From: Candidatus Micrarchaeia archaeon
GTDB lineage: Archaea; Micrarchaeota; Micrarchaeia; Micrarchaeales; Micrarchaeaceae
Direction of reading: 5' to 3'
DNA length: 50,672 nt
Assembly (NCBI GenBank): GCA_049964795.1
Contig: JBMFWY010000004.1
Span: forward strand, 1 to 50,672
The translations under genes were made by a program, and so were the position numbers. Within the stretch, counting starts at the first letter, position 1. Each line of letters begins with the position of its first letter. The notes beneath the pieces are model-generated. The model was not told where the DNA came from, did no database searches, and saw only the letters and a list, made by a program, of their open reading frames with translations. Positions 9,564 to 18,113 of this stretch are shown one piece after another.

Positions 9564-10259
9564 TCAAAGAAGCTTTGCTATTTCTTCTGATGTGAACATC
9601 TTGAAGCCTTCGGGCTTTGTTATTGTTGAGATCTCAAAGTCGTCAGTGCTGAGCTTCTTCTCGCTTATTTTCTTTATTATTGATACCCCCAAATCTATCG
9701 CATCATTAGTCGAGATATCCTCCTTATATTCTTTTATTAGTATATCTTCTGCCTGCTTCTTGCCTGAGCCTATTGCGGCTGCCTTGTAGCCTAGAAATGC
9801 CGCATCGGGCTCTATCTCGAAGAGCCTCCTGTCAGTGTCTATGCCTCCTACCAGCATGGATATTCCATAAGGCCTTATACCACCATATTGCGTTGCCATC
9901 TGTAGCTCCTCCGCTATCTCGCGTGTTATGGTCTCTACAGACTCCGTTTCGTCGTATATCATCCTATGGGATTGGGCTTTGTTGCGCATCACGCTTATCA
10001 TGTGCAGGCCGTCAGACACTATGCCGCTGTATGTAACGGCAATATGAGAATCGGCCCGGAATATTTTCTGGAGTGTACTTGGCACAGCCAAAGGTATTGA
10101 AATATTCCTGTGAGCTACAAGCACGACTGAATCCTCTGCTATTATACCAAGAGAGGTTGCACCCTTTCTGACTGCTTCCTTGGCATATTCCACCTGAAAC
10201 AGCCTGCCTGTAGGGTCAAACATAACCCCCCTATCATATGCTTGTATGTTTGGGTACAT
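9564..10259 (-). CDS. psmA: Proteasome alpha subunit
   Basis: YDR..MFDPTGRLFQVEYAKEAV, TQYGGIRPYG, AIGSG. Confidence 0.95.
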   Translation of the reverse strand: MYPNIQAYDRGVMFDPTGRLFQVEYAKEAVRKGATSLGIIAEDSVVLVAHRNISIPLAVPSTLQKIFRADSHIAVTYSGIVSDGLHMISVMRNKAQSHRMIYDETESVETITREIAEELQMATQYGGIRPYGISMLVGGIDTDRRLFEIEPDAAFLGYKAAAIGSGKKQAEDILIKEYKEDISTNDAIDLGVSIIKKISEKKLSTDDFEISTITKPEGFKMFTSEEIAKLL

Positions 10260-10529
10260 TAATTCACCAACATTTTATTTTGATATTACTGCGATATGGG
10301 ATGAAACCCGAGCTTTTGCGGCCCTGCAAACCGTTTGTGCGATGCCATTGCGCGTCCATATAGAAAAACCTTTGTGCAGGTCAAACCCAACACGGCACTA
10401 GGGCACAAACACGATAGAGCCTTTTGCCTTTGATAAACGCAGGAACTGCCTAATATATGTAATAGGATTTGATTTAAAATAATTTAATAATCTTCCGCTG
10501 CGATTGCTTTACCTTGCAACAGCAAAGAA

Positions 10530-10895
10530 TCAAGCGGGATAGAAAAGCGAGGATGCCTTTTCCTTTATCAGGTTGTAGTACTTGCCAAGAGCAAGGAGAG
10601 TGCCAGAGCTTTTCAAAGTATAGAAAAATGCATTTTCTCCGTTAACCATCTTTATCATTCCGAGGGCTGCGAGCACGCTTTCGTTGCCTTCAAGCGTGCA
10701 TTTGAGCACGAAAAAACCCTTGTCGAGGAACTTCACTACCTTGGGATGCGCGGTGCTGTAGCCCATTTCTCCAAGCACGCCGAGCATTGAAGAATAGAAG
10801 CCTTTCTCAAATGAGTTGCGCTCCGCTTCATTTACCGCGCGCCATGCGGCAACCAATATATATCTGTGCTTCTCTTTCACGCTTTCACTTTTCAC
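10530..10895 (-). CDS. rnp2: RNase P protein Pop5/Rpp14
   Basis: KEKHRYI N-terminus, LGE.G, TLKSSGTL C-terminal motif; adjacent to rnp3. Confidence 0.82.
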   Translation of the reverse strand: MKSESVKEKHRYILVAAWRAVNEAERNSFEKGFYSSMLGVLGEMGYSTAHPKVVKFLDKGFFVLKCTLEGNESVLAALGMIKMVNGENAFFYTLKSSGTLLALGKYYNLIKEKASSLFYPA

Positions 10896-11413
10896 ATCTT
10901 TTGCCCTTTCAATAAAGCATTGCAGGATATCGCACTTCTGGCGCGCTCCTCGTTGCCTGCTATTAGCTTCGCTAGGGCGAGCAATTGCTCCCTAGAGTTC
11001 ATATATTGCTTTGATGGCGAGAAGCTTGCAATGGCTACACTTGCGCCGCTGCGGTAAGCATATGTATATAACTTTTGCAGCATGCGTATGCGGCGAGCCC
11101 TTACAAAGCCATATGAAGAGGTTATGCTGCTAATAGGAAGGCAAAGCACAGCTTCGGAATCTTTTACGCGCGAGATTAGGAATTTGTCAATTTCAAAGCT
11201 AAGAGGTATGATAAATCTCTTATACCTAGCGAACCTTGCAAGCTTTTTGAGGTTCTCCCCTGCCACGGCGTTCGAGTTGTCATTGACGCTTTTGGAATCG
11301 GAATAGGAAATTGAGAAATCTTCTCCTGCTATAAAGAAGGCTTTGAAACCCAAAATAGGGCCGTACGCCCGCGCATCGCCGCACCCGGCCTGCAGAATAT
11401 CATAAAAGTCCAA
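10892..11413 (-). CDS. rnp3: RNase P protein Rpp30 (divergent, short)
   Basis: FYD N-terminus, IAS..S..Y.NS.E.L.AL C-terminal motif, 4-nt overlap with rnp2 in the conserved gene order. Confidence 0.65.
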   Translation of the reverse strand: MDFYDILQAGCGDARAYGPILGFKAFFIAGEDFSISYSDSKSVNDNSNAVAGENLKKLARFARYKRFIIPLSFEIDKFLISRVKDSEAVLCLPISSITSSYGFVRARRIRMLQKLYTYAYRSGASVAIASFSPSKQYMNSREQLLALAKLIAGNEERARSAISCNALLKGQKM

Positions 11414-11421
11414 TATAGCAC

Positions 11422-12669
11422 CTAATTGGCGCCTTCGCCTGCTGCCTCTTGCCCCTTAACAGCGCTTTCCGAAGAGCGCTCTTCGCCAAAAAGCTCCTTT
11501 TCTAGAACAGCTTGTATTTTTTTAGGAGGATAAAGCAGCTTGATTAGCTTCGTATGACCCCTTATGCCTGTGCCTGATTCATACGAAACTATTAGACCTT
11601 GCATTTCTAGCTCCGAAAGGTATTTCCTGTACCAGCGCTCGCTCTTGCACTCTTTGTGCAGGCTGTCGGCAAGAGACTTGTACCTATTGTACACCTCGCC
11701 GCTAAACAGATATGTATCAGTTCCATCAACCAGCTTCTTGTATGTTCCTCCGCTGTTGCTAAGCAAAGAAAGGGAGTACAAAAGCAGCTTCTGATGCTCT
11801 GGAAGCGTGGCTATTAAATCGTATACGATTTCACTTTCTGCAATCTTGAGTGATTCTTGCACTTCTTCTATGCTTATCGTGTTTATGTCTTTCTCTTCAG
11901 AAAGCTCGCCCGCCTTAGACAAAACGGTCAAGGAGAACCTTGCATCGCCTCCTGCCTTAGCGGAGGAAGCTGCGATAAAGCGCAATACCTCGTCGCTTAT
12001 TGTATTGGGCTTGAAGCCTCGCGAAGCGCGATCCTTCAATATTGCATAAAGTTCGTTTGCGTTGTACGGCGAAAACACAAGCTCGTTTTCATAAAGGGCA
12101 GAAAGGCTGCGGGGGTCGAGATCGTCTTTGAAAGAAATTTTGTTTGATATTCCTATTATTGAAAGCCCTCCCGCCTTTATGTCGCTGTTTATTCTTGTAA
12201 GAGTGTATACTAGGTCGTCAAGATCCTTTACCATATCTATCTCGTCAAGCACCACTACCAAAATCTTGCTGTCTTCCTCTATCCAAGTTGTAAGCTTTTC
12301 GTAAAGATCGACTGCGCCATAGCCGCGCTTTGCATAGGTTGGTATATGGTCAGAGATTATCTTGTTCAATACCCTAAAGCGTGAATTGTAAATTCTGCAA
12401 TTTATGTATGATATTCTTGCATGGGTGTTCGGGATCTTGCTTACTTCTTCTATTACGTATCGGGTGCAAGAGGTCTTGCCCGTGCCCGTCTTGCCGTATA
12501 TAAATAGATTCCTGCCTTTCATCCCTTTCAGCGCTGGCGCTATGCTTCTCTCTATGTTGTTTATCTCCTTTTCCCTGAACTGCAATTTTTCAGGCACGTA
12601 ATGAGGAGAAAGCACTTCCCTGTCTGCGAAGATTTTTGATTCTGCAAGCAGCTCGCTGAGAGTGTGCAT
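11422..12669 (-). CDS. cdc6: Orc1/Cdc6 replication initiator
   Basis: L.P.YVPE.L.FRE, Walker A GKTGTGKT, YINC, Walker B VVLDEID, GDAR, C-terminal wHTH. Confidence 0.95.
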   Translation of the reverse strand: MHTLSELLAESKIFADREVLSPHYVPEKLQFREKEINNIERSIAPALKGMKGRNLFIYGKTGTGKTSCTRYVIEEVSKIPNTHARISYINCRIYNSRFRVLNKIISDHIPTYAKRGYGAVDLYEKLTTWIEEDSKILVVVLDEIDMVKDLDDLVYTLTRINSDIKAGGLSIIGISNKISFKDDLDPRSLSALYENELVFSPYNANELYAILKDRASRGFKPNTISDEVLRFIAASSAKAGGDARFSLTVLSKAGELSEEKDINTISIEEVQESLKIAESEIVYDLIATLPEHQKLLLYSLSLLSNSGGTYKKLVDGTDTYLFSGEVYNRYKSLADSLHKECKSERWYRKYLSELEMQGLIVSYESGTGIRGHTKLIKLLYPPKKIQAVLEKELFGEERSSESAVKGQEAAGEGAN

Positions 12670-12777
12670 ATTACCTCCACAATAGATTTGCTATATGTTA
12701 TTTAAATTGTTTTTTGTTTTTGCTGTGTATTTCTCTTTGGCTGCGGTAAAGCTATAAAAATTAGCGCAAAATATTTT

Positions 12778-13080
12778 TCATAATGCAAGGCTGCCAAGAT
12801 AACCCGATTTTTTGAGCCATTCTACGTCTAGCTTGCTGTACCTCCATACAATGTCTCCTCGCTCATTTGTCTGAACCACCCAGGGCTTCACCAAGACCAC
12901 ATCGCCCTGCTTTATCCAGAATTGCCTCCTGAGCCTTCCGGGTATGGTGCATATCCTGTCGTTGCCATCGCTGCATTTGACCATGAAGTTGGTGGCGCCT
13001 GCGGCCTTTTCTACAAAGCCGACCACTTCCCCTTCCATAGGCCTTTTTGTTTTGTATTCTATTGGCGCTCCTCTCCTCAT
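12778..13080 (-). CDS. eif1a: Translation initiation factor aIF-1A
   Basis: V.CSDG..R.C.IPGRLRR..WI..GDVVLV.PW, RGDIVWRY. Confidence 0.95.
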   Translation of the reverse strand: MRRGAPIEYKTKRPMEGEVVGFVEKAAGATNFMVKCSDGNDRICTIPGRLRRQFWIKQGDVVLVKPWVVQTNERGDIVWRYSKLDVEWLKKSGYLGSLAL

Positions 13081-13138
13081 ATCATGGAAGCGCGAATCTC
13101 TTTTTGCTATAGAAACACCTTTTGCATCAGTTCAAGCC

Positions 13139-13555
13139 TCAGTAGCTTTTTACAGCATATCTTGCACCGCAAGCTTCGCAGACGAAGTAAAGCATTCCGC
13201 GTCCAGCGCTTTCGAGATGGGAATCCGGCTTGTGGCACTCCTTGCAGATTACATAAGTTTCGAAATATTTCTTTATCTTTGCGCTGAGATCCTGATCGGA
13301 AAACCTGCCGTTTATTATTAGCCTTTGTTTTTCAAGAGATACAGGCACACTCAGCTCTTTGCTAAGATATCTTGCTATGTCTGCGGAGTCCCGCCTTGCC
13401 TTGTCGGCTATTACTGCAATGTTAGTCAATATGGTCTTGCTGCCTTCCATAAGCGTTTCCGCTTTAGGTATTACAAAGTCTACGTTTGCAGAGGACAAGC
13501 TGGATATCTTAGAGTAAACTCTATCAAGAAGCTTTTCGTACTCTTTATCCTCCAC
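13139..13555 (-). CDS. eif2b: Translation initiation factor aIF-2 beta
   Basis: YEKLLDR, YLSKEL, YVICKEC.KPD, CEACGA zinc ribbon. Confidence 0.93.
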   Translation of the reverse strand: MEDKEYEKLLDRVYSKISSLSSANVDFVIPKAETLMEGSKTILTNIAVIADKARRDSADIARYLSKELSVPVSLEKQRLIINGRFSDQDLSAKIKKYFETYVICKECHKPDSHLESAGRGMLYFVCEACGARYAVKSY

Positions 13556-13987
13556 TTTTCAACACCTTCATTTTCTTCATTTATTAAAGCTTAGACAACT
13601 TTGTACAGTTGACCTCTTTGGCATACCAGAAAACTGAACGCATACATAGAGGGTAGCACAAATATATATATTTTGGCTCCCTCGGCAGAAAAAGGATTTA
13701 CACAGGTCTGCCGCGAATGAGGGTTTAGCCAACTCCTAGTTTTGACATCTCAACTTATTGTCTGGTTGAACTTAGGCAAAGATCAAAGAGAAATTTTCTT
13801 TAGTGCATTATTAAGGAACTCGAGACTATTGGGACTTTATTATATTCTTTTTTATATTCTTTTAAGGCATATAGAACTTGTCATGCGCTATATGGTATCT
13901 TGTTAGCCTATCACCTTAATCAAAACAGGAGTGCATTTCTACCTTTGCGCTGCCTCTTTCATGAAAGATCCTCTGTAATGCCAATAT

Positions 13988-14587
13988 TCACAACCTTAAC
14001 ACTTTTTTAACAAATGGCACAATTTCAGAAGTTATATCTTCAATTCTTTTTGACGCATCTACTACTAAAAAATTAGGATACGACTTAACAGCGGCGAGGT
14101 ATTCTTTTCTTATGCGCTTTAAAGTGTCTATCTTCTCAAAATAGGTGCTTGTTTCCCTGGAGCCTGCTATTCTTTTAAGCGCTACTTCGGGTTCTATGTC
14201 AATTAAAATGCTGGCGGATACCAGATCTAAGAAGGGTTTGTTGGCGCTTTCAAGCCATTTCCTATCAACCCCGAATGCGGCACCATATGCAATTGTTGAA
14301 AAAGCAAATCTGTCGCTTATCACATAATCTCCGCGCCTTAGGGCAGGAAGAACCTCATTCTCCATATGATGAGATCTATCGGCAGTGAACAGCAGCTGCA
14401 TTGTACGCGGATCCACAACTTCTTTTGACTCCAACCCTTTTCTAAGAAAGCTGCCAATTACCCAGCTTGTAGGCTCTTTTGTAAGAAGTACATTTTTGCC
14501 TTTGAATATTTCGCTTTCGGAAAGAAGTTTTGCCTGTGTAGTCTTGCCTGAACCATCTATACCCTCTAAGACTATAAGCTTCCCCAT
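13988..14587 (-). CDS. tmk: Thymidylate kinase
   Basis: IVLEGIDGSGKTTQ, EP, LLF.ADR..H, DRF..S..AY; start reset to ATG 14587. Confidence 0.93.
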   Translation of the reverse strand: MGKLIVLEGIDGSGKTTQAKLLSESEIFKGKNVLLTKEPTSWVIGSFLRKGLESKEVVDPRTMQLLFTADRSHHMENEVLPALRRGDYVISDRFAFSTIAYGAAFGVDRKWLESANKPFLDLVSASILIDIEPEVALKRIAGSRETSTYFEKIDTLKRIRKEYLAAVKSYPNFLVVDASKRIEDITSEIVPFVKKVLRL

Positions 14588-14771
14588 AGATTTTTTATAC
14601 GAACCCACAAACCCACCGGATTGCATTTTTGAGCCTTAATATTTAACAGTTTTCAATGCTCTGATTTACCCTATTACTATTTTGTTGCATGGTGTAGATA
14701 TAGCACTTCTGCAGCATGAAAAACGCAGTCGTGAAACAATACTTATTTAATTGATTTGAACAAGATTATAT

Positions 14772-15032
14772 TGGCAAATAGGCCGGGAAGCTAAGGGTTT
14801 CCCATTCGCAAATCCCTTTATGGCGGGCCAATGCAGGATGCGTGCTGTATTGCTATGCAAAGCCCGCGCCAAGATGTTGACGTTCTGCCTTGGATGGCAG
14901 TGCCTGCATGTGAACCAGGCCAGGCCGGAAGGAGCAACCTTAAGCATGCAGGAATGCGCTTTCAAGATACAGGATTGAGTCGAAGCGCGGCAAACTTTGC
15001 ATGGCGGTGCAGTGCAAGTCCTGCTTTTGCCA
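14772..15032 (+). ncRNA. ffs: Archaeal signal recognition particle (7S) RNA
   Basis: Helix-8 motif CCAGGCCGGAAGGAGCA inside a CCTGCATG/CATGCAGG stem; Alu-like 5' domain; ends pair (TGGCAAA/TTTGCCA); boundaries approximate. Confidence 0.9.
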
Positions 15033-15110
15033 CTTTGACAATTGAGGATTGCTGTGTTTTCAGCAAATAATAAAAATTGCTAATGTGTATCATAAAAGCA
15101 TTTTTGCAAT

Positions 15111-15211
15111 GCCGGGATCGCCTAGTGGTACAGAAATGCACTAAAGGGCGGCAGCCTGCTAAGCTGTTTGGCTATAAAAGGCCTCCGCGGGTTCGATTCC
15201 CGCTCCCGGCG
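15111..15211 (+). tRNA. tRNA-Ser(GCT) with a 15-nt D-loop intron (15130-15144)
   Basis: Acceptor GCCGGGA/TCCCGGC, G discriminator, anticodon loop CT-GCT-AA, long variable arm, GTTCGATTC T-loop; strict BHB in the D arm. Confidence 0.92.
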
Positions 15212-15292
15212 TCCAATATTAATTTAGATAATACAAAGCTGTTCACACCTCGTTGCTTCGCGGCAAATCCCTAGCTGGAAAAGCAGAAGTGT

Positions 15293-15649
15293 TTAATCCG
15301 GCAACTGCTCGATTATTTCGCTCATCTCTTTGTAATGCTTCTTTATTATTTTGTCCGCCTTCTTGCCGAGCATCTTCTCCGTATTTATCTTGCACAAATT
15401 CATAGCTTTGAGCAATGATTGCTTTGATGGGTTCTTTATATCTACATTGCACTTTTTGAACGCGTCTCCTACAAAAAGCTTGACCCTTGCCTTAAGCTCC
15501 CTTTCTGGAACCTCTTGATGCAGAGCCTCGTTTATTTCCTTATTGGCCGTTTCAAAGCAGTTTATCAGACGTGTGACGGCTACTTTAGGTTTTATATCTT
15601 TGGAGCTAATAACTTGTTTATTGTTAGTCTTTGACTTTTCGTTTTGCAT
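15293..15649 (-). CDS. Hypothetical helical protein
   Basis: 118-aa ORF with ATG start, Lys/Glu-rich; no recognised motif. Confidence 0.65.
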   Translation of the reverse strand: MQNEKSKTNNKQVISSKDIKPKVAVTRLINCFETANKEINEALHQEVPERELKARVKLFVGDAFKKCNVDIKNPSKQSLLKAMNLCKINTEKMLGKKADKIIKKHYKEMSEIIEQLPD

Positions 15650-15716
15650 GATAAACCCAGTAGCGGAAAATTATTTATAGACAAACCGCTAAAAAATTGC
15701 AGAAAGATAAAAAAAG

Positions 15717-16934
15717 TTAAGGTACTCGTTTATCCAAATCACGTATTTCGACTCGGCCGTTTTCTACGACGCGTTCTTTATAGTTTCTGCGTGCAACTTC
15801 TTCTCTGAGAAGCTTAACATTTTCCTGCAGCTTCTTGCCTTTCGGATCCCCCTCTCGGCTGGGGTAATACTTAAATACCAAAGGAGGTATATCTTTGCCT
15901 TTGCCAGGTACTCTCATATAGTCCATAGCATTTTTGTAAATATCATCAAAGGTGGAGAACAGCCTTGCACCGTAGTAAAGCTTTTGATTGAAAAATGTGT
16001 AGACGTCCATTTCTGTGCGGCCATGCTTTTTAGTAACATATGAAAAGGTTGCTATATCGAAAACCTTTTGAAAATTGGATAGCTGGCGTATTTTCTCAGG
16101 AGAGAGTTCAGTTTTTTCATAGGATAATGGCTCAGAAAGCAGATGCTCTAGGTCAAACGTATGGTATTGCAAATAGATTACAGAATTTTCCCCTTGCACT
16201 ACCTTGTCCAATACGTATACCTCGCCTTTCTTGAAAACAGGTTCTTCAAAAGGAGCGTGCAAAGTTTTCATAAAAACGTTTATGTGTGTAGCATCAGCTA
16301 TTGCCGGTATAGGCTCGCTTGTTGAAATACTATATACTTGCCGGCTTTTGAAAAAATTGTAAAGCCTAAATACATAAGGCGCGGTATCTGTGCTCGAGAT
16401 GCTTGAAGGCTCTATGAAAGCGTTTAGCAACATTGTCCTAGGTCCATCCTTGCTTTCAAATGAAAGCTGGACTTTTACTGCGCTGTTCGTCACATTAATG
16501 TTTTTTATTTTGTATTCTACGCCTGGGAGCACAAATGCTTGCTCCTTGTCCAAGCGCAATAAGAGTATAGAAGAGTCTACAGTAGGAAAACGGTATTTGC
16601 GCTTGTCGATTGTCTCATAAAAATCATAAGCACTGCTGTTCAACCGCAGTATCCTGTCTCTATCATCCATAGAAAGAAATGCACGTATATAGTCATTGAC
16701 GTATGAATCGCTCTCTAGATAAGTAGTATAGATCTTTTGCTCTTTGCCTCCCTTCAATTTGCCCAATACGAGATAGAGATTGTTTTGGATTAACCTATAT
16801 CTTTGGCCTGCCGTATTGAAAACTTCCGGCCCTTGCTCGTAGTATTGATAATATGTCTCTAATTTATAATCGCCATCGCGCAACCCCATATAGGATATAG
16901 GTTTATGCGATTTTATAGTTGCATCCTTATTCAT
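15717..16934 (-). CDS. Hypothetical protein (orphan-like, 405 aa)
   Basis: Long uninterrupted ORF, GAGGCGG SD-like sequence; no recognised motif. Confidence 0.75.
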   Translation of the reverse strand: MNKDATIKSHKPISYMGLRDGDYKLETYYQYYEQGPEVFNTAGQRYRLIQNNLYLVLGKLKGGKEQKIYTTYLESDSYVNDYIRAFLSMDDRDRILRLNSSAYDFYETIDKRKYRFPTVDSSILLLRLDKEQAFVLPGVEYKIKNINVTNSAVKVQLSFESKDGPRTMLLNAFIEPSSISSTDTAPYVFRLYNFFKSRQVYSISTSEPIPAIADATHINVFMKTLHAPFEEPVFKKGEVYVLDKVVQGENSVIYLQYHTFDLEHLLSEPLSYEKTELSPEKIRQLSNFQKVFDIATFSYVTKKHGRTEMDVYTFFNQKLYYGARLFSTFDDIYKNAMDYMRVPGKGKDIPPLVFKYYPSREGDPKGKKLQENVKLLREEVARRNYKERVVENGRVEIRDLDKRVP

Positions 16935-17050
16935 CCGCCTCTACCGAATTTCTTTTCGCCCAAAATAATATTTATTTGTTTTGTATAGCAGGAATTTGTG
17001 GCATGCTTTAAAATGGAGGCAGTTTCTTTTAGTTTTATATGCCAAACCCA

Positions 17051-18091
17051 TCATTTGCTCCTAAGAACAGTATTACCTAGTGCGTCTTTCGCAAGTTCCT
17101 TTAGCCTCGAATCTTTGACAAAAGAGGTGCTTTTTTCAAATTTATCTATCGACTCTTTTATCAAGGAAAGCGCTGTTTTCTCAGCGTAATCTATTGACCC
17201 AAGCTCTTTGAAAGTACTTATTACCCAATTTATTTCCTCTTCTGTCTTTTCCTCCGGCTTCTTAAAATAGACCTCTTTGAGCTTCTCAAGAGTAGAAGAA
17301 GAAGCATTTTGGACTGCATGCCACAAGATAATGGTCTTTGTATTAGAACGTATGTCAGTCCCTATAGATTTTCCAAGCTGCTCGGGCGTAGAAATGCAAT
17401 CCAGAATATCATCTTTTATTTGGAAGGCGTTACCTGCTGGAGTCCCATATTCCTCTATAGATTTCAGCACTTCGTCAGGTTGGTTTGCAACTATGGCGCC
17501 GCACTGCAATGGGCCATAAACAGAGTAGTAAGCGGATTTCGCGTGTATAGAGGAGTAATATTCTTCAATGGTAAACTTTGTAATATCTTCCTTTTTACCC
17601 AGCTTCATATCTTGATATTGCCCTTGGTGTGTCATAAACAGGATATCGCTGAATTTCTCAAGATACCTTTTTCCTCTTTCAGGACCTAGCAGCTTAGAAG
17701 CTTTTGAAGCGACATACCAGCTTATCGCGTGAACTACGTCCCCTCCAACTATTGCATTCTCAATCCCGTATATAAGATGGGCGGCCTTGCCTCCGCGGCG
17801 CATTTCGTTTTTATCGATTATGTCGTCGTGCATTAGAAAATAGTCCTCGGTCAACTGCTGCACGGCTGCAGGAAGTATTGCTTCTTCATCGCTGCCGCCA
17901 TATAGCAGACTGCTAAGTATAACATACGAAGGCCTGCGATATTGGCCTTTTCTATCTATGTAAACACGCACCATATTAGAGTACTCCTCGGGCTCAAGCC
18001 TTGGGAGATTACTCACTATCGAGCTATAGACCTTGTCTTTGTACAACGCAATAAAATCCTTGAATGAACCTGGCGGATTTTGAATAGGCAT
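17051..18091 (-). CDS. Polyprenyl diphosphate synthase (short-chain/GGPP type likely)
   Basis: FARM YFLMHDDIID..RRG, GQ..D, KSA, SARM FQIKDDILD; Tyr five residues before the FARM. Confidence 0.9.
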   Translation of the reverse strand: MPIQNPPGSFKDFIALYKDKVYSSIVSNLPRLEPEEYSNMVRVYIDRKGQYRRPSYVILSSLLYGGSDEEAILPAAVQQLTEDYFLMHDDIIDKNEMRRGGKAAHLIYGIENAIVGGDVVHAISWYVASKASKLLGPERGKRYLEKFSDILFMTHQGQYQDMKLGKKEDITKFTIEEYYSSIHAKSAYYSVYGPLQCGAIVANQPDEVLKSIEEYGTPAGNAFQIKDDILDCISTPEQLGKSIGTDIRSNTKTIILWHAVQNASSSTLEKLKEVYFKKPEEKTEEEINWVISTFKELGSIDYAEKTALSLIKESIDKFEKSTSFVKDSRLKELAKDALGNTVLRSK

Positions 18092-18113
18092 TAAACCACT
18101 AGCTTATCAAAAA

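Noticed and set aside
10290-10450. Possible RNase P RNA or 5S rRNA next to rnp2
   Set aside because: No pairable P4 halves (GAGGAAAGUCC / CAGAA..GGCUUA) and no 5S consensus; kept only as an unknown structured element.
12670-12777. Replication origin immediately upstream of cdc6
   Set aside because: Short AT-rich gap with no recognisable repeated ORB motif; a plain promoter/terminator explains it.
14747-15274. Short ORFs at 14747-14965, 14831-15070 and 15077-15274
   Set aside because: They overlap the SRP RNA and tRNA-Ser and are chance frames.
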